A DNA stretch of 32,000 nucleotides from contig CP065004.1 of the NCBI GenBank assembly GCA_016700135.1, positions 270,001-302,000 of the forward strand, in the 5' to 3' direction. Positions 23,460 to 31,151 of the stretch are shown here, one piece after another. The stretch is from Candidatus Saccharimonadota bacterium (lineage in GTDB: Bacteria; Patescibacteriota; Microgenomatia; UBA1406; GWC2-37-13). The notes beneath the pieces were generated by a model that was not told the origin of the DNA, made no database searches, and was given only the letters and a program-made list of their open reading frames with translations. The stretch's first letter is position 1, and each line of letters opens with the position of its first letter. Both the position numbers and the translations under genes were made by a program.

Positions 23460-24230
23460 ATGTATAAAAAAGTAATACAGCTTTACAAGCCCGTCGGAAA
23501 GACTCCACTGGACATGATAAGGCTTTTGAGACGTCATTATCCTCAATGGAGAGACACTGCTCTGGGATATGCAGGAAGACTTGATCCGATGGCGGAAGGG
23601 TTGCTTCTCATTCTTGCAGATGACGAAAATAATAAAAGAAAAACATATGAGCGGCTCGAAAAAGAATACGAATTTGAAGTACTGTTCGGAATAACGACGG
23701 ATACGTATGATCCTTTGGGCATTGTCCAATCATTTGAGGAAATACCCTCCAATATTGAAGAAGCTTTCAGGAAATATGCACCGGCTATAATCGGCAAACA
23801 CGTGCAGCCCTATCCCCCTTATTCGTCAGCCCGGGTCAACGGTAAACCTCTTTTTTACTGGGCACGACTGAATAAACTGCAAGACATTCGTATCCCTGAA
23901 AAAATAATTGAGATTTCGGATTTTCAGATTAAGAATATAAAATACCTTCAATTGAAAGACATATACAACCGCATTATGGAACGAATTGATCTTGTTCACG
24001 GAGACTTCAGACAGGAAGAAATCACAAAAACATGGAACAAAGCATATGCAGAGTATGCTGAGAAACAATGTATGATTGCTGCATGCCGTATCGTTTGTTC
24101 AAGCGGCACCTATGTCAGGTCACTTGCGCATCTCATAGGGAAAAATCTCGGCACGGGTGCTTTGGCACTCTCAATCAAGCGGACCCGTATAGGAAATTTT
24201 GAGTTGGGTGATGCCTTGAAACTCACATGA
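23460..24230 (+). CDS. truB: tRNA pseudouridine(55) synthase TruB
   Basis: KPVGKTPLDMI, the catalytic-Asp motif GYAGRLDPMAEGLLLIL, KEYEFEVLFGITTDTYD and GTYVRSL are present. Confidence 0.88.
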   Translation: MYKKVIQLYKPVGKTPLDMIRLLRRHYPQWRDTALGYAGRLDPMAEGLLLILADDENNKRKTYERLEKEYEFEVLFGITTDTYDPLGIVQSFEEIPSNIEEAFRKYAPAIIGKHVQPYPPYSSARVNGKPLFYWARLNKLQDIRIPEKIIEISDFQIKNIKYLQLKDIYNRIMERIDLVHGDFRQEEITKTWNKAYAEYAEKQCMIAACRIVCSSGTYVRSLAHLIGKNLGTGALALSIKRTRIGNFELGDALKLT

Positions 24231-24618
24231 AAAGGTACAGGATCACACTCATAGCAAGTATAGACACCAGTTGGAAACCGCTGTCAATGACAGACAGCCT
24301 AAAAGGTTTCATCTGATACATATTGTTCAGAAAAACGGTCGGCATCATGAATCCGAACCAGAGAATACCGCCGAAAAGAAGAGCCTGAGAATAGGAACTG
24401 ACTTCATACTGCGGCATAAGCAAAGCGAGTATTCCGGCATTTATAAGAGCAAGAAGAGCTCCGCCTGCCATTAGAAATATCATCTGATCTTTTTTCATCT
24501 TGTCCGGTCCCGCCCCTGTCAGCTTCATCCATGGCTTTCCCAGGACAGCCGGTGAATAATAGATTGTCCCCAATATAAGATTGGCAAGTACTGCCAGTAA
24601 AACTCCTCCGAGTATCAT
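24223..24618 (-). CDS. DUF1761-family membrane protein
   Basis: Four TM helices. The N-terminal LGTIYYSPAVLGKPWMKL matches the DUF1761 pattern (G..WY.p..fG..W). Confidence 0.55.
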   Translation of the reverse strand: MILGGVLLAVLANLILGTIYYSPAVLGKPWMKLTGAGPDKMKKDQMIFLMAGGALLALINAGILALLMPQYEVSSYSQALLFGGILWFGFMMPTVFLNNMYQMKPFRLSVIDSGFQLVSILAMSVILYLFM

Positions 24619-24674
24619 ACAGGTAATAATGAATTTCTAATACAAACTATAGAAAGGATACTATATTCCCGTTC

Positions 24675-25946
24675 TTATATGGGTTCAATAAGACTGGGAA
24701 GAGTGAGAGGACAGGATACACCGAGGCAGATTCTGCGTTTGAAAACAACCTGTTCCAGTGTCCAGACAATAGCCAAAACTACGACCATCATGATAAGTCC
24801 TATTATGGCTGACTGGATTTTTTCACGGGCTGCCGTTACGGCATCTTTGTCCCCGCCTGATGTCACCCACGCAAAAGCACCGATAAGCATGTAGAAGAGT
24901 GCCGCAAGTCCTGCTATGACAAAAAATATTCGGATAGCAAAAGTCAGCAAATCCGAAAGAGTCGGGATGGCAAAGCCGAGTTCACTTGTGTCTACCATTA
25001 AGCCCTGTACTTCCGGTACAGCCGTGGGAGAAACCGCAAGTGTGATGACGGGTGAAGTCTGCACGGGAGTTTGGGTGATATCTGCAATCGGAATAACTGC
25101 CTCAGAATATTCCTGTGCTTCAGAATCCTGCATAGTAACCACCAGACTGTCATCACGGTATATCATCCCGCTGACCGGATTGGATACTGTCGGAGCCCAT
25201 GCGCTTGGCTCGCCCGACGGAAGGAAAAATGCAGCGAGGTAGCTTTGCCTTCTTCCGTCTATCTCAGTAAATTCACCGCCTACATACAGTAGATTATCCT
25301 GTATAACAATTGATCTTACCGGTCCGTTCAGAGACGGTGACCAGGCATTTAAGGCAGAGGTATCAAGATTGAATGATGCAATATATGACCGCTCTGCACC
25401 GGCAAAAGATGTAAAGGCTCCCCCTACAAACAGAGCATTATTGTATCTTTCAACAGCATATACCGGCGCATTTACTTCTATCGAAGGTTCAAGAACGGCA
25501 TTTGTATTGCGGTCTACCACAACGAAATACGGATGAGCTTCTCCGTTTATTTCCGCAAACTCTCCTGCCAGAAATAGGTATTGATTATATACCTCGATAT
25601 CATGTATTTTCCCGTTAAATAAAGGATTCCAGGGAAGCAGTGATTGGGTTTCAAGATCTATCAACGCAATATTGTTCCGTGAGATAGCAGAACTGCCTGA
25701 TAATTTTACCTGAGTGAAATTACCGACAAGATACATGACTTTATCATAAGTAAGCTGCTTCGAAATTGTCCCGTTGACTTCAATTTGTATCACTTCCTGA
25801 GATGGTTGCGAAGTTTGAGCCACAACATCTCCTGCACCGTAGGTCGACATGGGTATTGATAATGAAACCGAAATTAAAAATCCCAGAAGAAGAAGTTTTA
25901 TGCAAATGGATTGCATACAGTTTTGAAATGAGTGACAAATGTGCAT
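24675..25946 (-). CDS. secreted beta-propeller-repeat protein with a C-terminal TrbC/VirB2-like (T4SS-pilin-type) membrane hairpin
   Basis: About 50-aa repeats (LYVGGEFTEIDGRRQSYLAAF.....W.P..NGPV) look like DUF5122/delta-60-type propeller blades. The C-terminus is FFVIAGLAALFYMLIGAFAWVTSGGDKDAVTAAREKIQSAIIGLIMMVVVLAIVW. The likely true start is the ATG at 25916 (MQSICIKLLLLGF...). Confidence 0.7.
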   Translation of the reverse strand: MHICHSFQNCMQSICIKLLLLGFLISVSLSIPMSTYGAGDVVAQTSQPSQEVIQIEVNGTISKQLTYDKVMYLVGNFTQVKLSGSSAISRNNIALIDLETQSLLPWNPLFNGKIHDIEVYNQYLFLAGEFAEINGEAHPYFVVVDRNTNAVLEPSIEVNAPVYAVERYNNALFVGGAFTSFAGAERSYIASFNLDTSALNAWSPSLNGPVRSIVIQDNLLYVGGEFTEIDGRRQSYLAAFFLPSGEPSAWAPTVSNPVSGMIYRDDSLVVTMQDSEAQEYSEAVIPIADITQTPVQTSPVITLAVSPTAVPEVQGLMVDTSELGFAIPTLSDLLTFAIRIFFVIAGLAALFYMLIGAFAWVTSGGDKDAVTAAREKIQSAIIGLIMMVVVLAIVWTLEQVVFKRRICLGVSCPLTLPSLIEPI

Positions 25947-26046
25947 GCTTGATTATACCATTCTATATATATTTATATCTTTCTCGCTCTTTTTCGCATA
26001 CAAATATATCAAGGCTGGCGCGGCTATATTGTTTTTAAATAAAGAA

Positions 26047-26089
26047 AGCCCCGCAATATCTGCTTGCATCTATTGATATACACGGGGCT
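26047..26089. other. terminator-like hairpin inside a divergent intergenic region
   Basis: AGCCCCG (26047-26053) pairs with CGGGGCT (26083-26089), and inner ATATC pairs with GATAT. It is flanked by an A-rich run upstream and CTTTTC downstream. Confidence 0.4.
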
Positions 26090-26176
26090 CTTTTCATCCT
26101 TTGTCATCCAATATAGAGGATAGATCAAGGACTATCTGCAGTATATCCGCGGTTTTTATGTAGGATATGAGAATTC

Positions 26177-26215
26177 TGTATAAAGACTGTAAGAACAACC
26201 CATTCCTTCTTACAG
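26177..26215. promoter_or_regulatory. TGTATA-aagac-TGTAAG direct repeat overlapping a perfect inverted repeat CTGTAAGAA-N11-TTCTTACAG
   Basis: The direct repeat lies at 26177-26193. The inverted-repeat arms are 26187-26195 and 26207-26215. The site is about 120 nt upstream of glsB paralog 2. Confidence 0.45.
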
Positions 26216-26333
26216 GCTTCTCACTACACTTTGACGTCGCCTTGTGGAACGAATCATACACTTAGCTCATATCATTTTTTTGAAGATAGATATATTAGTA
26301 GTTTCATGAGATGAAAGAAGGTGAAATGCACAT

Positions 26334-26591
26334 ATGAATATATTACTCTGGCTACTACTCGGACTCGTCGCCGGATGGCTCGCATCTGTCATTATGGGAA
26401 GTAATTCTCAGCAGGGAATGCTTATGGATATCGTCCTTGGCATTGTGGGTGCGTTTGTCGGAGGATTCCTGATGAATCTTTTCGGCGCAACCGGTGTTGA
26501 CGGATTCAATCTTTACAGTCTGTTTGTCGCAACACTCGGAGCCATTGCTCTTATCTGGCTCGGCCGTGTATTCAGAACAAACACCGCATAA
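26334..26591 (+). CDS. GlsB/YeaQ/YmgE-family stress membrane protein, paralog 2
   Basis: LLWLLLGLVAGWLASVIMG...DIVLGIVGAFVGGFLMNLFG...FNLYSLFVATLGAIALIWLGR is collinear with the 19508-19765 product. The SD-like AAGGTG lies upstream. Confidence 0.88.
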   Translation: MNILLWLLLGLVAGWLASVIMGSNSQQGMLMDIVLGIVGAFVGGFLMNLFGATGVDGFNLYSLFVATLGAIALIWLGRVFRTNTA

Positions 26592-26603
26592 CCTGAACGA
26601 CAT

Positions 26604-26636
26604 AAAAAACCCCTCCGTTTCGGCGGGGTTTTTTTA
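26604..26636 (+). terminator. strong intrinsic terminator after glsB paralog 2
   Basis: AAAAAA-CCCCTCCG-ttt-CGGCGGGG-TTTTTTT. The stem spans 26610-26628 and the T-tract 26629-26635. Confidence 0.88.
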
Positions 26637-26659
26637 TGGCAATAATTTATACTATAGCT

Positions 26660-27028
26660 ATGAACTATAGTCGCACATACGGAGGAGTGATCTGGACCAA
26701 TCATGCACTGGAAAGACTGAAAGGACGGAAAATCCCGCAGGAAATTGCCTGGAAAGCGTTTCGGTTTCCGGAAGAGACCAGAAAGGGAAAGGCTCCCGGA
26801 AGTCTTGAGTTTGTGAAGCTTCTTGATATTTATACCGTGACAGTTATAGCAAAAAAAAATGACCGCCGGGAATGGATCATTGTTTCGTGTTGGATAGATC
26901 CTCCGTTACCGGGGTCTGTAGATCTTGAAAAAAAAGAGAAGAAGGTATCGACCTTTTCATGGATTATTTCAGTTTTCAGGCGGGCTTTTTTCGGCAATAA
27001 ATCAAAAAAAACATCTCAGTCTTCCTGA
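26660..27028 (+). CDS. DUF4258-like protein, putative
   Basis: IWTNHALERLKGRKIPQEIAWKAF resembles the DUF4258 N-terminal motif (HA..Rm.eR.I). The start was moved to the ATG at 26660 because 26636 lies inside the upstream terminator T-tract. Support is weak. Confidence 0.4.
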   Translation: MNYSRTYGGVIWTNHALERLKGRKIPQEIAWKAFRFPEETRKGKAPGSLEFVKLLDIYTVTVIAKKNDRREWIIVSCWIDPPLPGSVDLEKKEKKVSTFSWIISVFRRAFFGNKSKKTSQSS

Positions 27029-27164
27029 GCTCTTTTTCGTTGATGTCTTTCGGGCAGCATCTGGTAAAACCCTACTACCCTGTATGTAATTTTTTTCATA
27101 TTCATATTAGACCTCACGGAAGTTATATGCAGGTAAGCATTCAGTGATAATTCCGTAAAGAAAC

Positions 27165-28628
27165 CTACTCATGTACCGATAATACTTCACGGATCCTCAC
27201 AAGCAGCCCGGCTTCGTCTTCCGTTTCTGATATTGTTTCCGCAGATTCAAACGGTAAGGTAAAGTAGAAGCGTGATCCTTTCCCTTCTATGCTTTCAACC
27301 CACATACGGCCTCCATGCTGTCTCACAATCTCACGTGATATGTAGAGGCCCAATCCTGAGCCTGATATTGAGTTCCTATCCTTTTCTTCAAGTGCCCGGT
27401 AAAACGGTCTAAACACTTTTTCCAGTTTTTCCTGAGGTATCCCCTTTCCTTTATCTTCCACCGTCACAAGCACCATATTTGCGATCGTTCTCATCTGCAC
27501 GGAAATGTCAGTCCCCGTATCAGAATATTTGATGGCATTCGTCAGTAAATTAGTCAGTACCTGTCCGATTCTCACCTTATCCGCAAAGACCGTGACGTGC
27601 TTACTGCTTAGAATTTTAATTCTGTTTTTCAGATTCAGTTCTGTATCCTGCACAATGGTTTCAATAAGCTCCAATAAATCAAACTCATCCCGCTTCATAT
27701 CAAGCTTTCCCATTTTCAGTTTCGAAAGGTCAAACATGCTGGTGATCATTGAGGTCATGGTCCCTATTTTATTGCTGAGTTTCTGACTGTATTCATGCAG
27801 TTCGCTCTGCGAAGTCTGTTTCAGTTTTTTTTCGAGGATTGAACTGTATCCTTGGATACTTGTTATATAATTTTTCAGCTCATGACTGACTGAGCTCAAC
27901 AATAACTCCAGTCGTTCTTCCTGGTGCTTGTGTTCGGAGATATCATCAAAAATAATCACCGCTCCGACAACCTCACCGCGGGAATTACGGAGAGGAGCGA
28001 TAGAATCATCTATCGTTACAACTTGTGTGTCTTTTGAAATGAGATCTGCGGCCTGTGCAAAAAGCGACCGCTTCCCTTCCTGTATTGTGCGGCGAACTGC
28101 TTTTTTGAAACCGTCGGAGAGCGTCTTTTCCTGAAAATTCATAACTTCCTCAATAGGTTTTTTGCGGGCATCTCGATAATGCCAGCCGGTAAACTTCTGT
28201 GCCGTTGCATTCATATATGTGATTCTGCATTTCCGATCAGTGGCGATTACCGCCTCACCGATACTCGAAAGAATTGTCTGAAACTTTTTTCTGTGATGCC
28301 GCTCATAACTATGCGCCCGCTGCAGGATATACACAAAGAAATTTAATATCACGCCCTGAACGAAATATTCCGTCATTGTCATCAGGGTTTCGGCCTCAAA
28401 AGAGAACGGCTTTTCAGTCGGATGCAGAATCTGTCCCACAACAAAAATCGCAACAATCAAAGTCGAGATTCCTGCAAAATAATCCTTGTACATTGTCACC
28501 AGGATGCTGATGACCGTTGCAATCATGAATGAAGTCCTGACGCTCTCTGCATTGTCTGAATCAAGAGGAAGGAGAAGGAGACTCACAATAGTCAGAAATA
28601 CAAATAGGTACATGAGTAGTTTTTTCAT
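27165..28628 (-). CDS. sensor histidine kinase (multi-TM N-terminus, PAS, HisKA, HATPase_c)
   Basis: H-box LLSSVSHELKNYITSIQGY, N-box LTNLLTNAIKYS, G1 DKGKGIP and G2 GSGLGLYISREIV are present. The PAS-like segment is ILSSIGEAVIATDRKCRITYMN, preceded by about 4 TM helices. Confidence 0.92.
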   Translation of the reverse strand: MKKLLMYLFVFLTIVSLLLLPLDSDNAESVRTSFMIATVISILVTMYKDYFAGISTLIVAIFVVGQILHPTEKPFSFEAETLMTMTEYFVQGVILNFFVYILQRAHSYERHHRKKFQTILSSIGEAVIATDRKCRITYMNATAQKFTGWHYRDARKKPIEEVMNFQEKTLSDGFKKAVRRTIQEGKRSLFAQAADLISKDTQVVTIDDSIAPLRNSRGEVVGAVIIFDDISEHKHQEERLELLLSSVSHELKNYITSIQGYSSILEKKLKQTSQSELHEYSQKLSNKIGTMTSMITSMFDLSKLKMGKLDMKRDEFDLLELIETIVQDTELNLKNRIKILSSKHVTVFADKVRIGQVLTNLLTNAIKYSDTGTDISVQMRTIANMVLVTVEDKGKGIPQEKLEKVFRPFYRALEEKDRNSISGSGLGLYISREIVRQHGGRMWVESIEGKGSRFYFTLPFESAETISETEDEAGLLVRIREVLSVHE

Positions 28629-28756
28629 CTATTTATATTATAGCCCCTGAAAAGGCCAAATCTCATATTTTACCCATTTCTTTCCAAACTCTTACTTCAC
28701 TACCCTCAGTTATAATGTAGAGTAGTTAAGTCCGTTATCATTTAGTTTCATTATCT

Positions 28757-29338
28757 ATGTCTTATCAACTGCCTGACCTACCATACGATTTTAGTGCTCT
28801 CGAACCGCATATCGATTCCCGTACCATGGAAATTCATCACGGGAAACACCATGCCGCATATGTAGCAAAGCTCAATGCCGTGGTTGAGAAATATCCGGAA
28901 TTGCAGGGAAAAGAACTTATCGATCTTATGAAAGATTTCGAATCTCTTTCTATTTCGGAAGCCGATAAAACAGCCTTCCGCAACAACGGAGGAGGACATC
29001 TCAATCATTCTCTCTTCTGGGAAATCATGGGACCGGAAAAAGAAATTGATGAGGGACTGACAGAACGGATCAAGTCAACATTCGGCTCAGTTGATTCCTT
29101 TAAGGAAGAATTCTCAAATGCCGCAGCAAACAGATTCGGCAGCGGATGGGCCTGGCTTGTCGATTCAAACGGAGAACTGAAAATCTACTCAACACCCAAT
29201 CAGGACTCCCCATACATGCAGGGAGATACACCGATTATCGGTCTTGACGTATGGGAACACGCATACTATCTCAAATATCAGAATCTGAGACCCGACTATA
29301 TCAAAGCTTGGTGGAATGTCTTGAAGGTTTTGGAATAA
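28757..29338 (+). CDS. sodA: Fe/Mn-family superoxide dismutase (Mn-type sequence features)
   Basis: [34 protein letters not shown] and [21 protein letters not shown] are present. The metal ligands His/His/Asp/His are conserved. Confidence 0.92.
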   Translation: MSYQLPDLPYDFSALEPHIDSRTMEIHHGKHHAAYVAKLNAVVEKYPELQGKELIDLMKDFESLSISEADKTAFRNNGGGHLNHSLFWEIMGPEKEIDEGLTERIKSTFGSVDSFKEEFSNAAANRFGSGWAWLVDSNGELKIYSTPNQDSPYMQGDTPIIGLDVWEHAYYLKYQNLRPDYIKAWWNVLKVLE

Positions 29339-29357
29339 AAGAAAATTTCTATCGATT

Positions 29358-29463
29358 TAGGTGGCAAAGATATTGTTTTCTTGTGCGACTGGGAGGTGCG
29401 CAGTCCGCTAGGTTTCGGACGAGCAGGCCCATTAGAGCACAAAAAACAGTATCAAGCCGCCTA
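29358..29463 (+). ncRNA. 106-nt extended imperfect hairpin between convergent genes (candidate small structured RNA or REP-like element; family not identified)
   Basis: TAGGTGGC pairs with GCCGCCTA (29358-65 / 29456-63, one G-U). GATATTGTTTT pairs with AAAACAGTATC (29369-79 / 29443-53, one G-U). TTGTGC pairs with GCACAA (29381-86 / 29437-42), and GGG with CCC. The apical stem is GTCCG/CGGAC (29403-07 / 29416-20). Confidence 0.4.
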
Positions 29464-29475
29464 TGAAAACTCACC

Positions 29476-30102
29476 TTATCTCATCAAAACCGCCCGCATC
29501 GGAGCCCCGTCGAGTTCATCAAACTTCAACGGAAGTGCAGAAAGAAAATATTCTCCCGGCTCTATACCCTGTAAATCCACGCCTTCAATAATCGGTATAT
29601 TTTTTGAGAGAAGTTCCGTATGTGGTCTGTTATCCGTTGATCCTTTTTGCTTGATCGAAAAATAATCAATGGCAACCATCCGAACACCAACCTCAGCAAG
29701 ATATGCCGCTCCTTCCGGAGAAAGAAAAATAAAATCGGAAAAAAACGGTTCCCTGAGCCGGCCTGAATTTGCAGTCTTAAGAAGAATGCGCTCACCTTTT
29801 TGAATACCTGATTGTTCCAAAGTCTTTCTGCTGATTTCAACATCATCCTGTGTACAATCAATCACGCGGGCATCCCCTACAAAACAAAAAAGGTCATACA
29901 CACCGACACCTTCCCCCTCGGCAAACACATGTTTCGGAGCATCGACATGAGTGCCTGTGTGGGATCCCATTGTGAGTTTGCTTATCGTGGAAGCACTGGT
30001 TTCACTTTTCAGTTCCTCAATGATGACAGAAGGATTCCCCGGATACACGGTTGTTTTTGTTGTAAGCGGGACTGAAATATCAATAATTTCTGTATATTGC
30101 AT
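29476..30102 (-). CDS. cyclase-family protein (arylformamidase/kynurenine formamidase-like)
   Basis: The PF04199-type cyclase signature is GSHTGTHVDAPKH. The size is about 208 aa. Confidence 0.8.
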   Translation of the reverse strand: MQYTEIIDISVPLTTKTTVYPGNPSVIIEELKSETSASTISKLTMGSHTGTHVDAPKHVFAEGEGVGVYDLFCFVGDARVIDCTQDDVEISRKTLEQSGIQKGERILLKTANSGRLREPFFSDFIFLSPEGAAYLAEVGVRMVAIDYFSIKQKGSTDNRPHTELLSKNIPIIEGVDLQGIEPGEYFLSALPLKFDELDGAPMRAVLMR

Positions 30103-30141
30103 AGTAGTTTATAACTGATAAGAATTTAGAGTGTCGCAGTT

Positions 30142-31056
30142 CTATTTCTTCACTGCATGACCGCCGAACTGACCTCTCAATGCCGAAACGACCTGTCCCG
30201 TATAGCTTGGTTTCTTTTCGGAATCCAGTCTGAACTGGTATGATTCAGCTATCACCGGAACTTCTTCACCCAAATCCTTTGCAGTCTCAACGGTCCACTT
30301 TCCCTCACCGCTGTGACTGATTGATCCCGAAATCGTTTTCAGATCTTCACCCCACTCCGTATACGCTTTATGGAGCCATCCGACAAGCCGTGATTCGATC
30401 ACGCTTCCCGTATTGTAAATCCGCGCGACTTCCGTCAGATCCAGATTGAACTGTGACTTTTTCATCACGTTAAAACCTTCTCCTATTGCCTGCATCATCC
30501 CGTATTCAATCCCGTTATGGACCATTTTGACAAAATGACCGGCACCGACACCCGCAAAATGAGCATACCCGTCTTTGATTGAGACATCTTTATACAACTC
30601 TTCCATTTTCCGAAATTGTTCTGCTGAACCTCCGACCATGAGACAGGCACCGTTTCGTGCGCCTGACGGGCCGCCCGAAACTCCGACATCAATATATTGA
30701 ATACCTTTTTCTGACAATTTTTCAGCGCGGGGAGCGTCTTCTTTATAAAATGAATTTCCTGCCTCAACAACCGTATCTCCTTTGTCCAAAAACTCCGAAA
30801 GACCCTGATTACCGAAGAGTGCTTCTTCAATCGGGGCGCCTGCAGGAAGCATGAGCCAGACAACACGGGGAGTTGACTCGAATTTTGAAATCATTTCCTG
30901 ATAACTATATGATGCTATCATGCCGAGTTGTGCGGCCTCGTCTACCTTTGCCGGAGTGCGGTTTGTCACAATCACCCTCCACCCTTTTTCATGCAATTGT
31001 TTTGCAATACCCATTCCCATTTTCCCCAGTCCGACTATTCCGATTTCTTTTTTCAT
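30142..31056 (-). CDS. gnd: 6-phosphogluconate dehydrogenase, short (YqeC/Gnd-like, decarboxylating) form
   Basis: IGIVGLGKMGMGIAKQL (Rossmann fold), GNSFY.D, YIDVGVSGG..GA..G.CLMVGG and GAGHFVKMVHNGIEYGMMQAIGEGF are present. Confidence 0.88.
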   Translation of the reverse strand: MKKEIGIVGLGKMGMGIAKQLHEKGWRVIVTNRTPAKVDEAAQLGMIASYSYQEMISKFESTPRVVWLMLPAGAPIEEALFGNQGLSEFLDKGDTVVEAGNSFYKEDAPRAEKLSEKGIQYIDVGVSGGPSGARNGACLMVGGSAEQFRKMEELYKDVSIKDGYAHFAGVGAGHFVKMVHNGIEYGMMQAIGEGFNVMKKSQFNLDLTEVARIYNTGSVIESRLVGWLHKAYTEWGEDLKTISGSISHSGEGKWTVETAKDLGEEVPVIAESYQFRLDSEKKPSYTGQVVSALRGQFGGHAVKK

Positions 31057-31068
31057 AATGAAACACGA

Positions 31069-31151
31069 TGTAGGCGGTAGGTGACAGCTTGCAGCAATCT
31101 TATATTCCGTAAATAGATGGCGTTTACAGCCTACTGCCTACTCACTACAAG
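31069..31151 (-). repeat. palindromic heptad-repeat intergenic element, copy B (zwf-gnd spacer)
   Basis: tGTAGGcgGTAGGtg...cagCCTACtgCCTACtcaCTACaag. Read on the minus strand it is collinear with copy A (199-287). The zwf stop codon (31145-31147) lies inside its 5' arm. Confidence 0.8.

Noticed and set aside
27140-27170. Possible third, degenerate copy of the heptad-repeat element at the histidine-kinase stop (ATTCCGTAAA...CCTACTCA)
   Set aside because: Only two short blocks (10 nt and 8 nt) match copy B. The GTAGG arm and the palindromic architecture are missing, so chance similarity cannot be excluded.
29358-29463. Calling the long hairpin an SRP (4.5S) RNA
   Set aside because: The rod shape, the length and a GAGCAGG segment are suggestive. 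However, the apical loop is 8 nt (CUAGGUUU) and not a GNRA tetraloop, and the conserved GGUCC-GGAA-GGAAGCAG core is absent. It is kept only as an unclassified hairpin.
30495-30866. 123-aa ORF in an alternative frame of the gnd gene
   Set aside because: It overlaps the conserved 6PGDH frame on the same strand and has no independent signal. It is a frame artefact.
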